Positions 41,601 to 53,600 of a stretch of 64,000 bases of DNA are shown piece after piece. Position numbers and translations under genes: made by a program. Source of the DNA: Phoronis australis (taxonomy: Eukaryota > Animalia > Phoronida); the NCBI GenBank assembly GCA_002633005.1, contig NMRA01000034.1, forward strand, positions 643,766 to 707,765, given 5' to 3'. How positions within the stretch are numbered: the first letter of the stretch is position 1; each line of letters begins with the position of its first letter. The notes beneath the pieces were generated by a model, which saw only the letters and a program-made list of their open reading frames with translations, made no database searches and was not told the origin of the DNA.

Positions 41601-44600
41601 CAAAACTAAGACTGACCTGAACTCCACTGACAGGCTTTCCACTGGGAACTAGTTTCAGTTTCATTGATAGTAAATAAATTGCCGATAAGGATCTTTGCCT
41701 TAGAAGACCTATATTATTGTTAGCCGATTTCAAAGACGAGATGCTTAATATATGCACTTAGTAGCAGCTAGTAAAGAATACGTACTCCAGTTGAAAACAC
41801 TGACACAGAAAAGAACAAGAAACTACTGACTTTTGAACAGGGGTAAAAATGGCGACTCTCATAAAAGTTGGCTAGATAGTGCATAACATTTCTGATACAC
41901 TATTATCAACCTTCATGCCCTATAATCCCACTGGTCTGTGTTGCTCTTGAAGGAAAGTCAACAAACCTAGTCTAGCATTGAAACTGAACAAGTTTGAGTA
42001 AAAAACTGAGTGACTATAAATTCAAAACTGACCACATAGTTGTTGAGTTCAGATACACATGATATGCACAAACTAGTCGATAATCCGCTCAGTAAAAACT
42101 AGTCATTAGCAAATACAGTGCCACAACACATGTCGAGCACTTGACCTACATTTTCTGACCAATCGAAGAGTTCTCCTGAAACAGCAGGTCCACATCTATG
42201 TCAACATTGCAGGTAGTGATACACCAGGTCATTCCGCCTACCACCTGTGAAGACAAATGTACACGCTACACTATACTGCAGGAGACGTACCCGTCACAAG
42301 GTACCATACTCGATTATTGAAGTGCACGTGTCTTAAAGCTTTCCTAGAACAAATTTCTGTTATTTTTGATGCACCAAGCAGCAAAAATAGTCTCAGGAAT
42401 ACTTAAGCAGTATAACAAAATAAGACTTAATCACACTCAAACATACGCTCACAAAATGATGAGTGAAAAAGACTTTTTCTGCCGTATTGCATCATCATGA
42501 GAACACAAAACAAAGATCAAATGGCTGAAAGTAGTTGTATTGAATAGGGGTTAGAACAGAATACCAATATTCTCTCGGTGACATAACATCCTTTCATAGT
42601 AACTTAACTCCAGTATAAGAGGAGCATAATCCACGCTGCTTTTACGCTTTGAAAATAGACTGTTAAAAATTTATACAAAGAAAAGTGAAAGGACTAACAA
42701 AAGGTTGACAGTAACCTTAAAAATCTATTCCATTTTAAACAAGATCTCAATTCTAATTTCTGACTGACAGACGAAAAAGGAACACAGTGGTATCCCGATT
42801 ACAATAATCTTTAAGTCAGTAAAGCATATATATCGCAAATTTTCTAGTGTTCAGGTACCTTGTCGAACGGAGAGAGTCCCTTGATACGAGCTCGGAAGTA
42901 ACCAGCGGCCAGAAGTAGGTCAATTGTCTCGTTCAACTTCACATTCTGTTCTTCATCTTCGCGAGTTTCGACCTGACGAAAAATGACATGCCAAATCAAC
43001 CATCACGTAAACCAAAGTTTGACTGCTGGAACAGTTAGGAGGGTGGAGATTGGTGAAGTACTTGCAGCAGGATACCAAGATCTACCCCTGACGTGTTTGC
43101 TTAGCAACAGATTAGCACCCACTCTCCACTACTGAGGATCATTTTGACCAAGATTAAAAAATAAATATTGCTTTATAACCAAACAAGATCATTTTTGCAA
43201 ACACTAACGAATGGTCTTGTATTTTCCAAAAGGGTTGCTTCTTTTATAACCCCGCAATTAAATTACAGCTTGACAAAAATGAATGGTTGAAACTCTGTCA
43301 AATACGTTACTAAGGGGCGTGTCATAGAATGAAATTAAGATTTGACGTTTAAGTGACATGCTACGTAACATCAAGTAAACGTTTCACGTCACCAATCAAA
43401 CATATGTTTTTTCAAGACGCCACCACGAGATCTGTTTCCAATGATTTAGAATTTAAGCCAAGTTGCTGTCTTGAAATGAAAGTCGGAGGTTCCATTTCAA
43501 CTTGTATGTACCATTTATGTGTCTCTTATGCCTGTGCAACTTTCAGTCATTTTGGTCTATCGTATTCGAGATGCACTTTGAACGCGACTTTGAATTCTTG
43601 TGATTTATCACAAACTTTAGACATCATTTGAAGGGGCATATGATTGTAACGTATTTGACTTGTTTTTAATGTAATCGTAATGACAGTAATAAAAGTATGG
43701 CACGTGACCAGTAAGAAATATCAAAATAAAAATGATTAAGCAATTTGCAAACACCTAGATGGTAACATAGTTGACGTGAAACTATTTATGTCGTAATCCT
43801 TACTCCTGAACATAAAATTTTAGACACCCCCTTTGGGGACTCGGTTCATGGTCAAGTACGGAATTACCGGATGAGTTACAGATGGACAATGGCAACTGCT
43901 GGTTCATCATGGAAGGTTAGTAATCGAGTGAACCAAGTCCCGTGACCTGTCTACAACCATTGTGACACTTCGGCCTTTTGGGAAGATTTTTTGTTTTGAT
44001 CGCGAATTAGTTGCAAACTAGCAGTCGCTGGAGCTGAGCACTGCAACTGCTATCAGGAGAAAGAACAATTGCTAATGTTTTGTTGAATCCCTATTGAGAT
44101 TTGTGTATGATATAGATGCCTAAAATTGAAGCACCATCCCCTGGAATTCCTAATCTCAAGTGCCATACCCTGTAGTATAATATATAGTGTATTGGGGACG
44201 ATCAGAAACTAAGGACATCTGTGGTTATCACCTGTAGTTGCAAAATGAAATGCTTCATAACCTTCCTTCGATGTTATTTGTTGTATTTTTAATTAAGCAA
44301 CTTTTCACAGAGGATGTACTACCACTTGTAGGGCGAGCTATACCACAGGCTATAGGCCATAGGCGTAAACGGTAAAGTCCAGTAAGACCGACAGTAATAG
44401 TAAATTGAATTTTTGTGAATATGGGGTCCTGCAGATTAAAGGCAGACACATTTTTGATGATGCATAACCACATGACATAAATTTGGACACTAAAACATTG
44501 CCGAGCCTAGGCTCTCAACTTCAGCTATCCCAAATCCAAATAAAATCTGCGTGCACCTCCCTCACACTACTAAATGCATTAACCTCCAAAGCCTCATCAT

Positions 44601-45667
44601 CCCCTGATTCCATTCAATTGTCCTTGTGAGTGGTGAATTGGCAACGAAATTTTCAAAACAACCAGAAATCTCTGCTAAATATTGGTAGTTAGCATGGAGG
44701 ATTTCAGTTGTGCTTTAACTTGTATGCCTGTCAAAGATAAAATTTTGTGTTTGAGCAAGCAACCTCTATATCAAAGTCAAGAAATTTGTCCACAATTTAA
44801 ATGATTGAGGTTATTAAAATAAGCCTTCCACTTATGTGCAATTTGATTCTTCTGATAGCTCATTTTTTTAACTTAACTGGAACTTAATGCAAGAACTGGA
44901 GTAACTTGTGTTTGATCTTGATACTATGTGCTAATGGTTGAAGTAAAACAAACAGTAGGCTTTCGGCAGAGATTCTCAATGTGTGACCTCAAGATGAGTC
45001 ACAGGAAAGCACCTATCGGAAACTGCCGGATTTCCCAGTAGGCCTACGTTAGTAGCCAGCAACCTGTGGTTTTTCAGATTTGTCACGGAAAGTTACGAAA
45101 TCAGGACAATCGGCAATTGCTGTTCATCCATAACTCATCGGATAATTCCATATTGTACTTGACCTTTGATTTACAGAGGAGTTGCTCCGGACGGGCTTTT
45201 TGGGAAGATTTTTGTGCTTTGACCGCGAAATTTCTTGCAAACTGGATGAAGCAGGAAACCGTAAATGCCATTTACGGTAAATGGTATTTGGGAGAAAGAA
45301 CAATTCCTCTGTTTGTAAATTTGCTGAGTTTTGTGTTTGCTATGGACGGCTCAAGTGAAGCATCAGTGGAATTTCTAGTCGGGAGTGTCATACCTTGTAG
45401 TATTATATAGTGTATTGTGGACGATCAGAAGCTGAGGACGCCTGTGGGTACGGTCCGGATAGCGCCAGTGAACTCAAAAAGTGCCTGTGCTGTGAGTCAC
45501 ATTTAGAGTTTGTTTGCTATTTCTAAAACTACGTAATGATAGCTTCTCGGGTACATATGTTTAAATCACTTGCTTACTTCTATTTCCTTGCCATCAGCAT
45601 CATACAATGCAGAAATCTTTGATCCAGCCCGAGCTCGTCCCGCAAACACACTCCCACTGGACGCCAT
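32620..45667 (-). CDS. CCDC93: CCDC93 (CCC/Commander complex subunit), exons 1-10 span, 371 codons, 3'-incomplete
   Basis: Ten GT-AG exons splice in frame to a protein closely matching CCDC93: [45 protein letters not shown]...[32 protein letters not shown]...[10 protein letters not shown]. Confidence 0.96.
32982..33512. mobile_element. PIF/Harbinger-like MITE with long inverted arms and CAG target duplication
   Basis: Ends GGCCCGGGTTCTAAT / ATTAGATTCCAGGCC flanked by CAG...CAG; internal inverted arms gcgtgaactcaagataag / cttatcttgagttcgc. Confidence 0.75.
33229..33420. repeat. Minisatellite, 6 x 32 bp (gtaaactataatgtattccagcacagtgtaat), inside the MITE
   Basis: Six head-to-tail copies, one SNP in the last; no spacers. 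Confidence 0.95.
34037..34153 (-). CDS. CCDC93: CCDC93 exon 9 (QAELEQLDR...SLNKQI...RINE)
   Basis: TTACAG acceptor, GAG|GTAATA donor, 117 nt. Confidence 0.94.
35687..35773 (-). CDS. CCDC93: CCDC93 exon 8 ([12 protein letters not shown]...DYADK)
   Basis: CTTCAG acceptor, AAG|GTTAGT donor, 87 nt. Confidence 0.94.
36589..37092. mobile_element. hAT-like MITE
   Basis: Terminal inverted repeats CAGGGCTTGGAAT / ATTCCAAGCCCTG, tataag on both flanks, repeated cgcggaaa subterminal motifs. Confidence 0.8.
38075..38330 (+). mobile_element. tRNA-derived SINE
   Basis: A-box-like gtggctcagggg, B-box gggttcaaaccc, followed by a SINE-core-like tgttcttagaaagccact...tgctccagtcaactcag. Confidence 0.6.
38834..38884 (-). 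CDS. CCDC93: CCDC93 exon 7 ([17 protein letters not shown])
   Basis: TTTCAG acceptor, CAG|GTATGA donor, 51 nt; corresponds to the QRIQSLMTKMTAMA segment. Confidence 0.9.
39552..39836 (-). CDS. CCDC93: CCDC93 exon 6 ([12 protein letters not shown]...LMAEEE)
   Basis: TTTTAG acceptor, GAG|GTATAG donor, 285 nt; contains YKPQRRY and [10 protein letters not shown]. Confidence 0.96.
40214..40312 (-). CDS. CCDC93: CCDC93 exon 5 (WLVKRAIE...HKTPE)
   Basis: TTACAG acceptor, GAG|GTATGT donor, 99 nt. Confidence 0.97.
41182..41293 (-). CDS. CCDC93: CCDC93 exon 4 ([11 protein letters not shown]...IYPVVQ)
   Basis: TTCAG acceptor, CAG|GTGGGT donor, 112 nt. Confidence 0.97.
42150..42244 (-). CDS. CCDC93: CCDC93 exon 3 ([13 protein letters not shown]...SSIGQKI)
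   Basis: CACAG acceptor, AT|GTAGGT donor, 95 nt, phase 2. Confidence 0.97.
42859..42972 (-). CDS. CCDC93: CCDC93 exon 2 (VETREDEEQ...GLSPFDK)
   Basis: CAG acceptor, AAG|GTACCT donor, 114 nt. Confidence 0.97.
43860..44240. repeat. Copy A of a diverged ~380-bp duplicated segment in CCDC93 intron 1
   Basis: Shares ggacaat.ggcaa.tgctg, ttttgggaagattttt, gggagaaagaacaatt-like and gtagtat.atat(at)agtgtattg.ggacgatcagaa with 45090-45450. Confidence 0.8.
45090..45450. repeat. Copy B of the diverged ~380-bp duplicated segment
   Basis: Direct-orientation homolog of 43860-44240. Confidence 0.8.
45578..45667 (-). CDS. CCDC93: CCDC93 exon 1 ([30 protein letters not shown])
   Basis: AACATGGCG start context, 90 nt, donor GAA|GTAAGC, phase 0 fits exon 2. 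Confidence 0.85.
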
Positions 45668-45712
45668 GTTTACATCACGAGTAAAGGTCAAGGTTACAAG
45701 TGGCGACCTCGA

Positions 45713-46326
45713 CCCGCAGGTTCCCTGCGTGTCCGCTAGGGGTTAGAGAACACGCAGGTATTTAATTTTCCAAGGGAAATTTTTTTCACACCGGCGTTCC
45801 TGTTTGGCTGGTCGAATTCTCAACAGGCAACGCTTTAAGGAAACAAACTGCCATGACTGATGGAAGAAGTGGGAATTTGGATATAGTTAGTGGTCTGTTG
45901 TAAAGATAAATCGGTGCTTAATTCATGTTCAAGAATGTCCAACTCAATCAGAAAAATGTGGCTGTGCCCAAGTTTTCGGAGTGCATTTTTTTTACTGTCG
46001 CTGACTTTTGTTTACGTTGCTGTCCTGTATTCACATAGTATGAATAACACACCACACCTGTTAAATCGACCAGATCACGGTGTGTGCATTGTACATGACT
46101 TCAAGCACGCGGCTATTAAACAATACCGCAAAAACGAAATTCTGGCGCTGTCACGCCACTTGCAGGACAACTTAGGCTAAAAATCGTAGTCTGCAATTCT
46201 CCGCTTTCTTTGCGTTCAAAGCTAAACAATGACTGCCGATGTTACATCAACCAATTGTAAAACACGCGCTACTGAATGATACCTGCGTGTTCTCTACTAG
46301 CGGACATACAGCAGAGAACCAGCGAG
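45713..46326. mobile_element. Inverted-repeat-bounded element immediately upstream of the CCDC93 ATG
   Basis: cgcaggttccctgcgtgtccgctag...agagaacacgcaggtat pairs with atacctgcgtgttctctactagcggaca...gaaccagcgag; the same terminus recurs at ~59270-59300 (ctagcgacacgcagggaaccagcgag). Confidence 0.7.
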
Positions 46327-47139
46327 CGACGGACGGACATCGAGGGAGAGTAGCGCCATCGAAAGGCCTACTTCTTGTAGCAAAACGTGGTGAAATTCGA
46401 CCAGTTTAGGGCATACTTCATTGCCCCAAGTTTATTCAGTTGCTTCTCTTCGGAATCTAGTGCACCATGACCTAATGTCCAGCTCAGCACTAACTGACTT
46501 TCAAGGTACTACTTTCTCAGATCAAAAGGTTATTTACAAATGTTGCTTTTATGGTGGAACAATTAACTTGCTACACTATATAAAGGGTAGAGCTTGGCGA
46601 CAATTTCTGGTGAATAACTTCAACAAGAAGCATTGTAATTTTAGTCAAACATACTTTCTGCAATATTCCAAGATTGTAATCAGAAAAGATACATATTTTC
46701 TGAAAGTATAAAGATTATGGAATTTAATTTTCTGCTACACAAATCTATCTTCACAGGACCATGTTTTCTTTTACTAAACTTTACAAAACAAACAATGTTA
46801 TAGGAAATATAAAGTATTATCGTCATGTCCAATTTCATTTTACATAAATATTCATGAACAAATCTCAAAATCAGTTTCCAAAATGCCCTTTTTATTTTAT
46901 GCAGCTTTTAAGATGAAAATCGATATTTTCATAAAAATCATAAAGCCTCAATTTTGACGGTTTCTTATTAAAAAACAAGCCCGTTGAAAGATCAGTTCGG
47001 GCAACAACGTCCGATAGCTTAGTGCCTGTTTCCTTTGAGTTCGATTAGCTGTTTTTGAGGTACGAGTTCTTATGCTGTCGACAAACAGCCGAGCCGTTTT
47101 GACAAATATTTTCCTTCACAGTCTGACTTTTACGCAAAA

Positions 47140-47400
47140 TAACTCAAGATAAAGTTTGCACCTGATGACCCCTGTGTTCATGCTACAAACTTGTAAAAAG
47201 TCTAGATTTCGAGTAAAAACTCCAAATCTGTAGTTCAGACTAGAACTTTTGTCTTTGTTCTGGGGTCATCAGGTGCAAACTAGGATCAAGTGAGCAATTA
47301 TGTACTCCAGTATAGAATAACAGACACTTATCTTGAGTTTGCACAAATGATGCCAAAAATAAATTCGAGTTCGATTTTGAGTTAAAATCTCAGACCCCAG
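47140..47400. mobile_element. Partial copy of the 32982-33512 MITE family
   Basis: aactcaagataa...gtttgcacctgatgacccc / ggggtcatcaggtgcaaac inverted pair and cacttatcttgagtttgcacaaa...tgccaaaaataa shared with the 33-kb element. Confidence 0.65.
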
Positions 47401-47983
47401 TCCAAGAACTTTTGAGCGATGGACAGCTGTAACACTGGGCAGTGTTTGGGGATTGACAAACAGTAGGGCTTTGCATTGTGGGAAAACTTCGTCGGATATT
47501 TGTTTTGATTGACAGGTTGCACGTGAACAAACTCTGCATATTATAGCCAGTGAAATGAATCATCTGTGACTGCAACACACTATCTTTTCAAAACTGGCAT
47601 GCATTTTTATTCACTTATGGAGCAAAAGTAACGCAAAGGCGATACAGCATGACGCGTTTCATTAAAGGTATACTAAATAAACCCTTTTACGTTCACTTCA
47701 GCCGAAACTGGTGCCGTTCTCTCTTGTTGCATCCTGGTACCCCCCCCCCCGAGTGATGAATCATTATTCAGCTGACTTAAAACGTCCTTCATCAACTGCT
47801 TGCGTTGGTAGTTTCTAGAGTTATCTCCCTATTTAGTGACATCATGTCTGGTTGGGTCTCCTTCATTGATACTGTGAGAGCTTCGTAAGTAAATGTTGCT
47901 GTTATACCTTTATAAATGTGCAAGATTTTACTGAAAAAAGGTTTTTCAAAATAGAATTAAAAGACTGTTTAACATGTATCAAC

Positions 47984-48094
47984 CAATGGCGGATTTGGGG
48001 GCAAGGGAGCAATGCACCCTTAAAATTCTCTGAATATCTGACGGCTCTGTCCGGTCTGCCCCCCTCTCCAACTCAAAATCCTGGATCCGCCCCT
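47984..48094. mobile_element. Small hAT-like MITE
   Basis: caatggcggat... / ...ggatccgcccct ends with tatcaac repeated on both flanks. Confidence 0.65.
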
Positions 48095-48838
48095 ATCAAC
48101 AACGGTCTATCGATTTTGTAAAATTGTAGAATAGAACAATTATACAACATGACAAAGAACGGAAAACAGAGCAGCGTCAAGGCATGTATTTCGTTAGTGG
48201 AAATTTGTATTTCTCAATGTATCATTCTTTTTATAGCTATACAATGTGGAAAACGGTCAAATTTTTCAGGTCTCCTTAAAACACTCGATTTGTAAATGTC
48301 TTATTCTTTAATATACATAGAATCTCCCGCTTTCCCTCTGCCACCACTTCCTCGTCCCCCTGACAGTTCAGTAGTATCTGAGACCATGGTCGCTCCATAA
48401 AATGACACGCCGTGACAAGCTAACTCATCGAGCCTGACCTCACAGTCTGTTCTTGCCAAAGCGCTGAGTAAGGAACGAGGTACTCTCAGATTTATAGCGC
48501 TAAGTGGTCTAAATCAAAAAGCATTTTTGATGGAAGACGGTAGTTACAGCCGTGTAACCAAATCAACTGTAACCACAAGGATAAAACGCCTGGTGTCCAT
48601 CGTTCTTTAACTGAACGAAGTCGTTCACTTTCGTACCCACACGCATCGAAGGATCCGTTCAGTTATGCACACGATCGAATTGTATTGAAGAACCACATCA
48701 TCCACACGAATAACAACCACGTACATACAAACCACGAAGTCAGTTGCTCGAATATCGAGTATATGTCGTCCACACAAACCACTCATCAATATAAGTTTAC
48801 GTAGGATTCTGGAAAAATGTCTAATTTTAGCCAACTTC

Positions 48839-49098
48839 GCATGCGCGCACCCAGGGGGGGGGGCTCAAACGAGACCCCCCATTTGGCGAAGTGGGCAAAA
48901 AGGTCCGCCTCAGAGAAACAAAAAGTCCGTGGAAACGAGACAAAAGTCCACTAAAAAGGCGCAGACGCATAGTTCGCAGTACTGAATTTGGTACCCCGTT
49001 TCTTTCTTTTTTGTCCTCCAGGTTTTCTGTTAGCAAAAGGTCCACTTGGTCAGAAATTCGATCCCTTCCCCCAAACTAGAGGCTGGGTGCGCGCATGC
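48839..49098. mobile_element. MITE with 16-bp terminal inverted repeats
   Basis: gcatgcgcgcacccag / ctgggtgcgcgcatgc perfect inverted pair; internal aaaaggtcc(a/g)c repeats. Confidence 0.75.
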
Positions 49099-50159
49099 CG
49101 GTTGGATTCACATGAAACATAGATATCATGCTTTATACACCGTTCTCCAAAACACTTTTAGTCTGGAAGCAGGGCTGAACCTGGATTTACCGGATAAAAT
49201 TATTTCTTTGCCGTTTCATCTAGCTTAGGGTTAAGTGAACATGATTTAGGGGGTTGACCATTCGCAACTATTTTTTTTAAATTAAGCAAATTAAGGCTGC
49301 CATTATGCAAAATTCTATTTTTGCTTATAACTTCCTTACCAAGCATGATTACCTTTGCCTAGGCTACATAAAACAGCAAAGAAAAACTCTACCCCGCAAA
49401 TCCAGGTTACTGATGTAAAAATACAGTCTTTGGCTCCCAGACTATTTTGCATCTGTGGCTATCAAAAATTGGACTCAATGATTTTGATGGAAAAAATATA
49501 AAGTTGCATAAAGCGTAAACGAAACGTTAATTTAGAAAACCGTATCAGTGTTTTTGAGACTTTTTCTTGAATCATTTATAACATATGAAAATTGGTCATG
49601 TTGGTGTTCTTACTGTTTTGCAATGAATGTACCTTTCTTTTTGCCAAATTTTCCTTAAAAGGCAGTCACCGGACCTAATTAGTGGCAGACTGGTATAAAG
49701 TAAAAAAATCTAAGTCTACGTTATATGTACTTTCAGAAAATAGTGCCGAGTTGAATTCTCGCTTGCCGAATTTTACTGCCAGCCCCATGACGAATTCAAT
49801 CAAATTGACCATGAAAACAACCAAACGAATATAGTAAGTAATATTTTAATGGTAGTGTTGGAGACGCATATTCTTCCCTAATGTCTTAAATGCAAATTGT
49901 ACGCCCTGCAAAACGAACGATGACACTAAAATGATGTCAACTAGTCCACTGGTAAAGAGAGAGTGACATGTCCAACTGTACAGAAGTAGTATTCCGCAGG
50001 TGCTCCGAACTCCCAGGTCTGCCAAAGTCTGTAGTGAATACCTCAAGAAGTATTTCTTTCTATTTGAGAATAAAAGTAGGCCTCCTTTCATGAAACTCAA
50101 CTTTCGGACCTTAAACTGTGAGCTGGTCTTCCACTTTTGTTTTTGTGTATTCAAAAACG

Positions 50160-50689
50160 TCATTGTCTAAGAAATCTCCTCGTTTTCATTAGTTGCTCAA
50201 ATTCCGGGCTCATTGTCAACTTTGAATCTGGTATCACGAAACGTTCAGAAAACTTTGGATTTGTTTTGCAAACACAACTTTTATCTGGATGATAGTAATA
50301 GTTGCGAGGTGTATCTTCTTGCGCTTTAGAATTAGTGTTATAGAACAAATGGCTTTCAAACACTTTTAGCACCGCCTCATCACAGTCGTTAAATGGAATT
50401 TTACAGCCTTGGCATCTCTTCATGTTCCCGTTTCTCTTGGTCAAAACATATTTGCGTTTCTCAGATGGCGCTACTGGCGTGTTGCTCGCAGCACATGATG
50501 TGGCGCGAGCTCCTGATGTCGGTCGGTTCCATTCACGCTTGTGGCTTCCTGAAGAGTTCTTCTCGCTGGAGGTGCTCTGCCGATAGGCATTTTTCTGACT
50601 GTCAAACGCAACAGCGTTCTCCATCAAATGCCGACGGCTGCTCTGGAGCACGCCGCCCGCATTGTTGTTTCTCTTTACCTCTTTCTTTT
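50160..50689 (-). CDS. 2CARD gene terminal exon with zinc finger (RCQGC-x37-H-x4-C)
   Basis: TTCATTTTTAG acceptor, phase 1, open to TGA at 50160; KYVLTKRNGNMKRCQGC...NYYYHPDKSCV..TNPKF. Confidence 0.78.
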
Positions 50690-53600
50690 CTAAAAATGAA
50701 AATAACGAATAACACTGGACAATACAATATAATTAACAGGCAAAATTAACGTTTGGTAGCAAATGTTCCAAGAATTTTCAAAATGTTGTCAACTGTGCAT
50801 TAACAATACCTATATTGGAATGTGTTTGTGACAGGTTTTCTTGACATACATTTAGCTTAGGTATTTCCTGTATGTGTTCAATTTAAAGTTATTAATTGCT
50901 ACCTCTTGACATGTATTTACAAATCATCCCAGCTCTAAGCTAATCTTCCCCATTGGTGAGTTTTATATTTGGAGCACATTCTGATTGGTCGAATAGGTTC
51001 ACTTGCATGCTGTATGTTAGATCTTTATACTATCACATCAGAAGCTTTTAATACATCATACCGAGCACAAGTATTTTTCTCTATGAACAACCTCGGGTTT
51101 TATCTTTGTACAATATAAACCCACAACCTAACGCTAACATTAACAACTATGGACTTTTTGATAGTTAGTACAACACTTTATCAAGAACAAAACGGGAATT
51201 GACTTACTTTTACCGCCACTTTGGTATTCTTTGAATGATTCCTGTGAAAAACATGAAATGTCCTAAATAACAAAACAAAGTTCAGTTTTCGGTCATAACA
51301 GTATTTGCTCAGGTAGGTCTAGACGTCAGGTTATTGGTCGTTATTACGACGCAAGTGTCCCAATAGCATTATTTCCACAGATGCAACTCATTTTTATGAG
51401 GACTGTAAATTTTGAACAACGATTTTGGCCGCTTTTCTTCATGCGATTGACCTTTTAACGTCAAATATGCAAAGGATTGTGGGATAGCGGACACCCCGAA
51501 CAGCACGCCATCAGACAAAAATATTCAATTATCTGCAGAGATCATTTCATTTAAGTCATATTTCAAGCACATTTCAGAAGCTCACATCGACATGGATCTA
51601 TTCAAAATCATTTGCCAGCTTACTGAGCAGACGATACTTTCTGGTTTCTGGATAAGGGACGCGCGTCGATTTTTGCTATCAGTAAAAAGTTCAATAGATG
51701 TTCGTTTTATGAACGAGGTATTTTATACCATACCTTAAAGTTTGAATATTTTCTTTGGTGAAAGATGTTCCAGAGGTATTGCAGTAACTTAGCAAATCAC
51801 AAAAATAATTGGTTGCTTTATTATTCTTCACAACATGAAGACAAAATGGCATTCAGTTGTTCAAACTCTTAGAGGAATTTTTATATGAGAGTTGCTTTCA
51901 GAAAAGCGCAAATTTTGCGAGATATCGCTGTGTCTCAAAAGCGAAGTACGAGATATCACCATCGCTCGTGTGAACCCAATGCTGAAAGCGCCCCTAGACG
52001 TATTTTACGCTCAAGTTTCCAGTGCTAACCTGAGTGAGATGCACGGCTCCAAGCCTGCCGAGTACTCCGCCATCGTCCTCGCAACTGTAGTCCATATGGA
52101 TTGATTCCGCTGTAAAAAAGGCATAGGCGCTCCGTGTGTGTCTTTGGATGGTTGTTATAGTTTTAGTTTACAAGCTTGACATTCTCAACAGACGGGCACA
52201 CGCTGACACATTGAGATAACTATTGTAAATACATGTGTACAGAAATGCTTTCACATTATTCGTCACAAGGCAAGAGTTGTGAAATATTTTTGAAATTACT
52301 TTAATGCTCAAAAACTTCAAGAACCAAAATTAACAAGAATTTAAAAGCTACTGAAATGGAAGCCTCTTCATATTACCCTAAAAGGAAAACAAAATGATAC
52401 CATCGTCCTGGCTTGACGACTGCCGTTCATCGGAGGTGAGATCGGCGATGTAATCCCTCCCGGCAATTTCTTCTGCCAATGGCCTGTGTTTACATTTTAT
52501 TAGAACGGACATAAACTTAGCGAACCAGTTGATATTATAGCGATGGATGAGAGTTAGCAGCAGTCGAACGGCGTTCATGTTACCGCTGTTGGTTTTCTCG
52601 CACTCTATCTCCTCTCTGAAAGAAGAACAACGTTTTAAAAAGTTCAAAACACGTTCAAATTGGCACTTGATGTTGGATTTGCTTGGGATGTGATTTTGTA
52701 ACGGTCCAAAAGAATTGGTGACCATGACCATAAGTTTATGAAGAAATTTTATGCTTCGACGCACGAAATGCCGAAAACTTACCGGCAACTGAGAATGGCT
52801 GGAGAATTAGAAAAGTCAACAAGATATGATGCAGAGAGATGAAAAATGGCACTTTTCTGATAATGTTGTGTCTTTCTATTAAATAATAACCACACTTTTG
52901 GAAGTGGCCTATCTTTTTCTGTCAGCATCTTCAACAAGTTGAAGTTTGACGTACCCGAAGAAGTTCAAGATGATTGAGGAATGATTGTTATTATATGTTT
53001 TTACTACACTTTTTGCTTTGTTTAGTCACCCGTTTAGAACGCGGAACGATCTAAAAATATCACTGAACTATCACTATTTCTTTAAAATGCAACCCTGTGC
53101 GTATTTACGCACTTTAAAGTGTCAATGTTTGAGTTTATTAAAGGAGAATGCCACCCGATTTAATTAGTCTTTTTTGCCGTCTTAATCGGTCTATATCCAC
53201 ATCGCCTCGCATACGGTCGACTTTACCTTGCCAAGAGGTGTCGCGTTAACAGATGAGGAAGGTGAGAAACGACGCTAGCGACGTCAGTGGTTCATATGCA
53301 GAGTGAATGCCGCTATGTTGCCGTGCATCGTTCCCGCTTGTCCGAACTAAGCAGCTGTGAGGAAAGCGTGTATATCTTTCTTTTTACTTCCTCGAGAGTC
53401 CGAAATGCTTAGGAAGTGGCTCATGGTAGTGAAGAATGAAACGTACGCTGTAAATAGCAAGTATGAGGCCGTGAAACATCTCCGTGTCTGTGGCCTGCAG
53501 ACTTCGAAAGTGCCTGATGAATGCCGGCTCACCAAATAACTCCATAAGTTCCGTTGTCTGAGCTTGTTCACGGCGCTTCTCTAGTATTTCTTCATCACTG

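Noticed and set aside
46400-50159. Helicase/CTD exons that would make the 2CARD gene a normal RIG-I-like receptor
   Set aside because: No Walker A (PTGSGKT), DECH or other SF2 motifs seen between the zinc-finger stop and the CCDC93 start.
51733-51787. Possible extra phase-0 exon (LLQYLWNIFHQRKYSNFK) in the 2CARD gene
   Set aside because: Donor is plausible but the acceptor is weak (CTAAG, poor pyrimidine tract) and it is not needed for frame; left out pending RNA data.
52616-52788. N-terminal part of ORF 52378..52788
   Set aside because: Intronic read-through; a strong acceptor at 52616 and the phase-matched exon at 55523-55703 supply the real upstream sequence.
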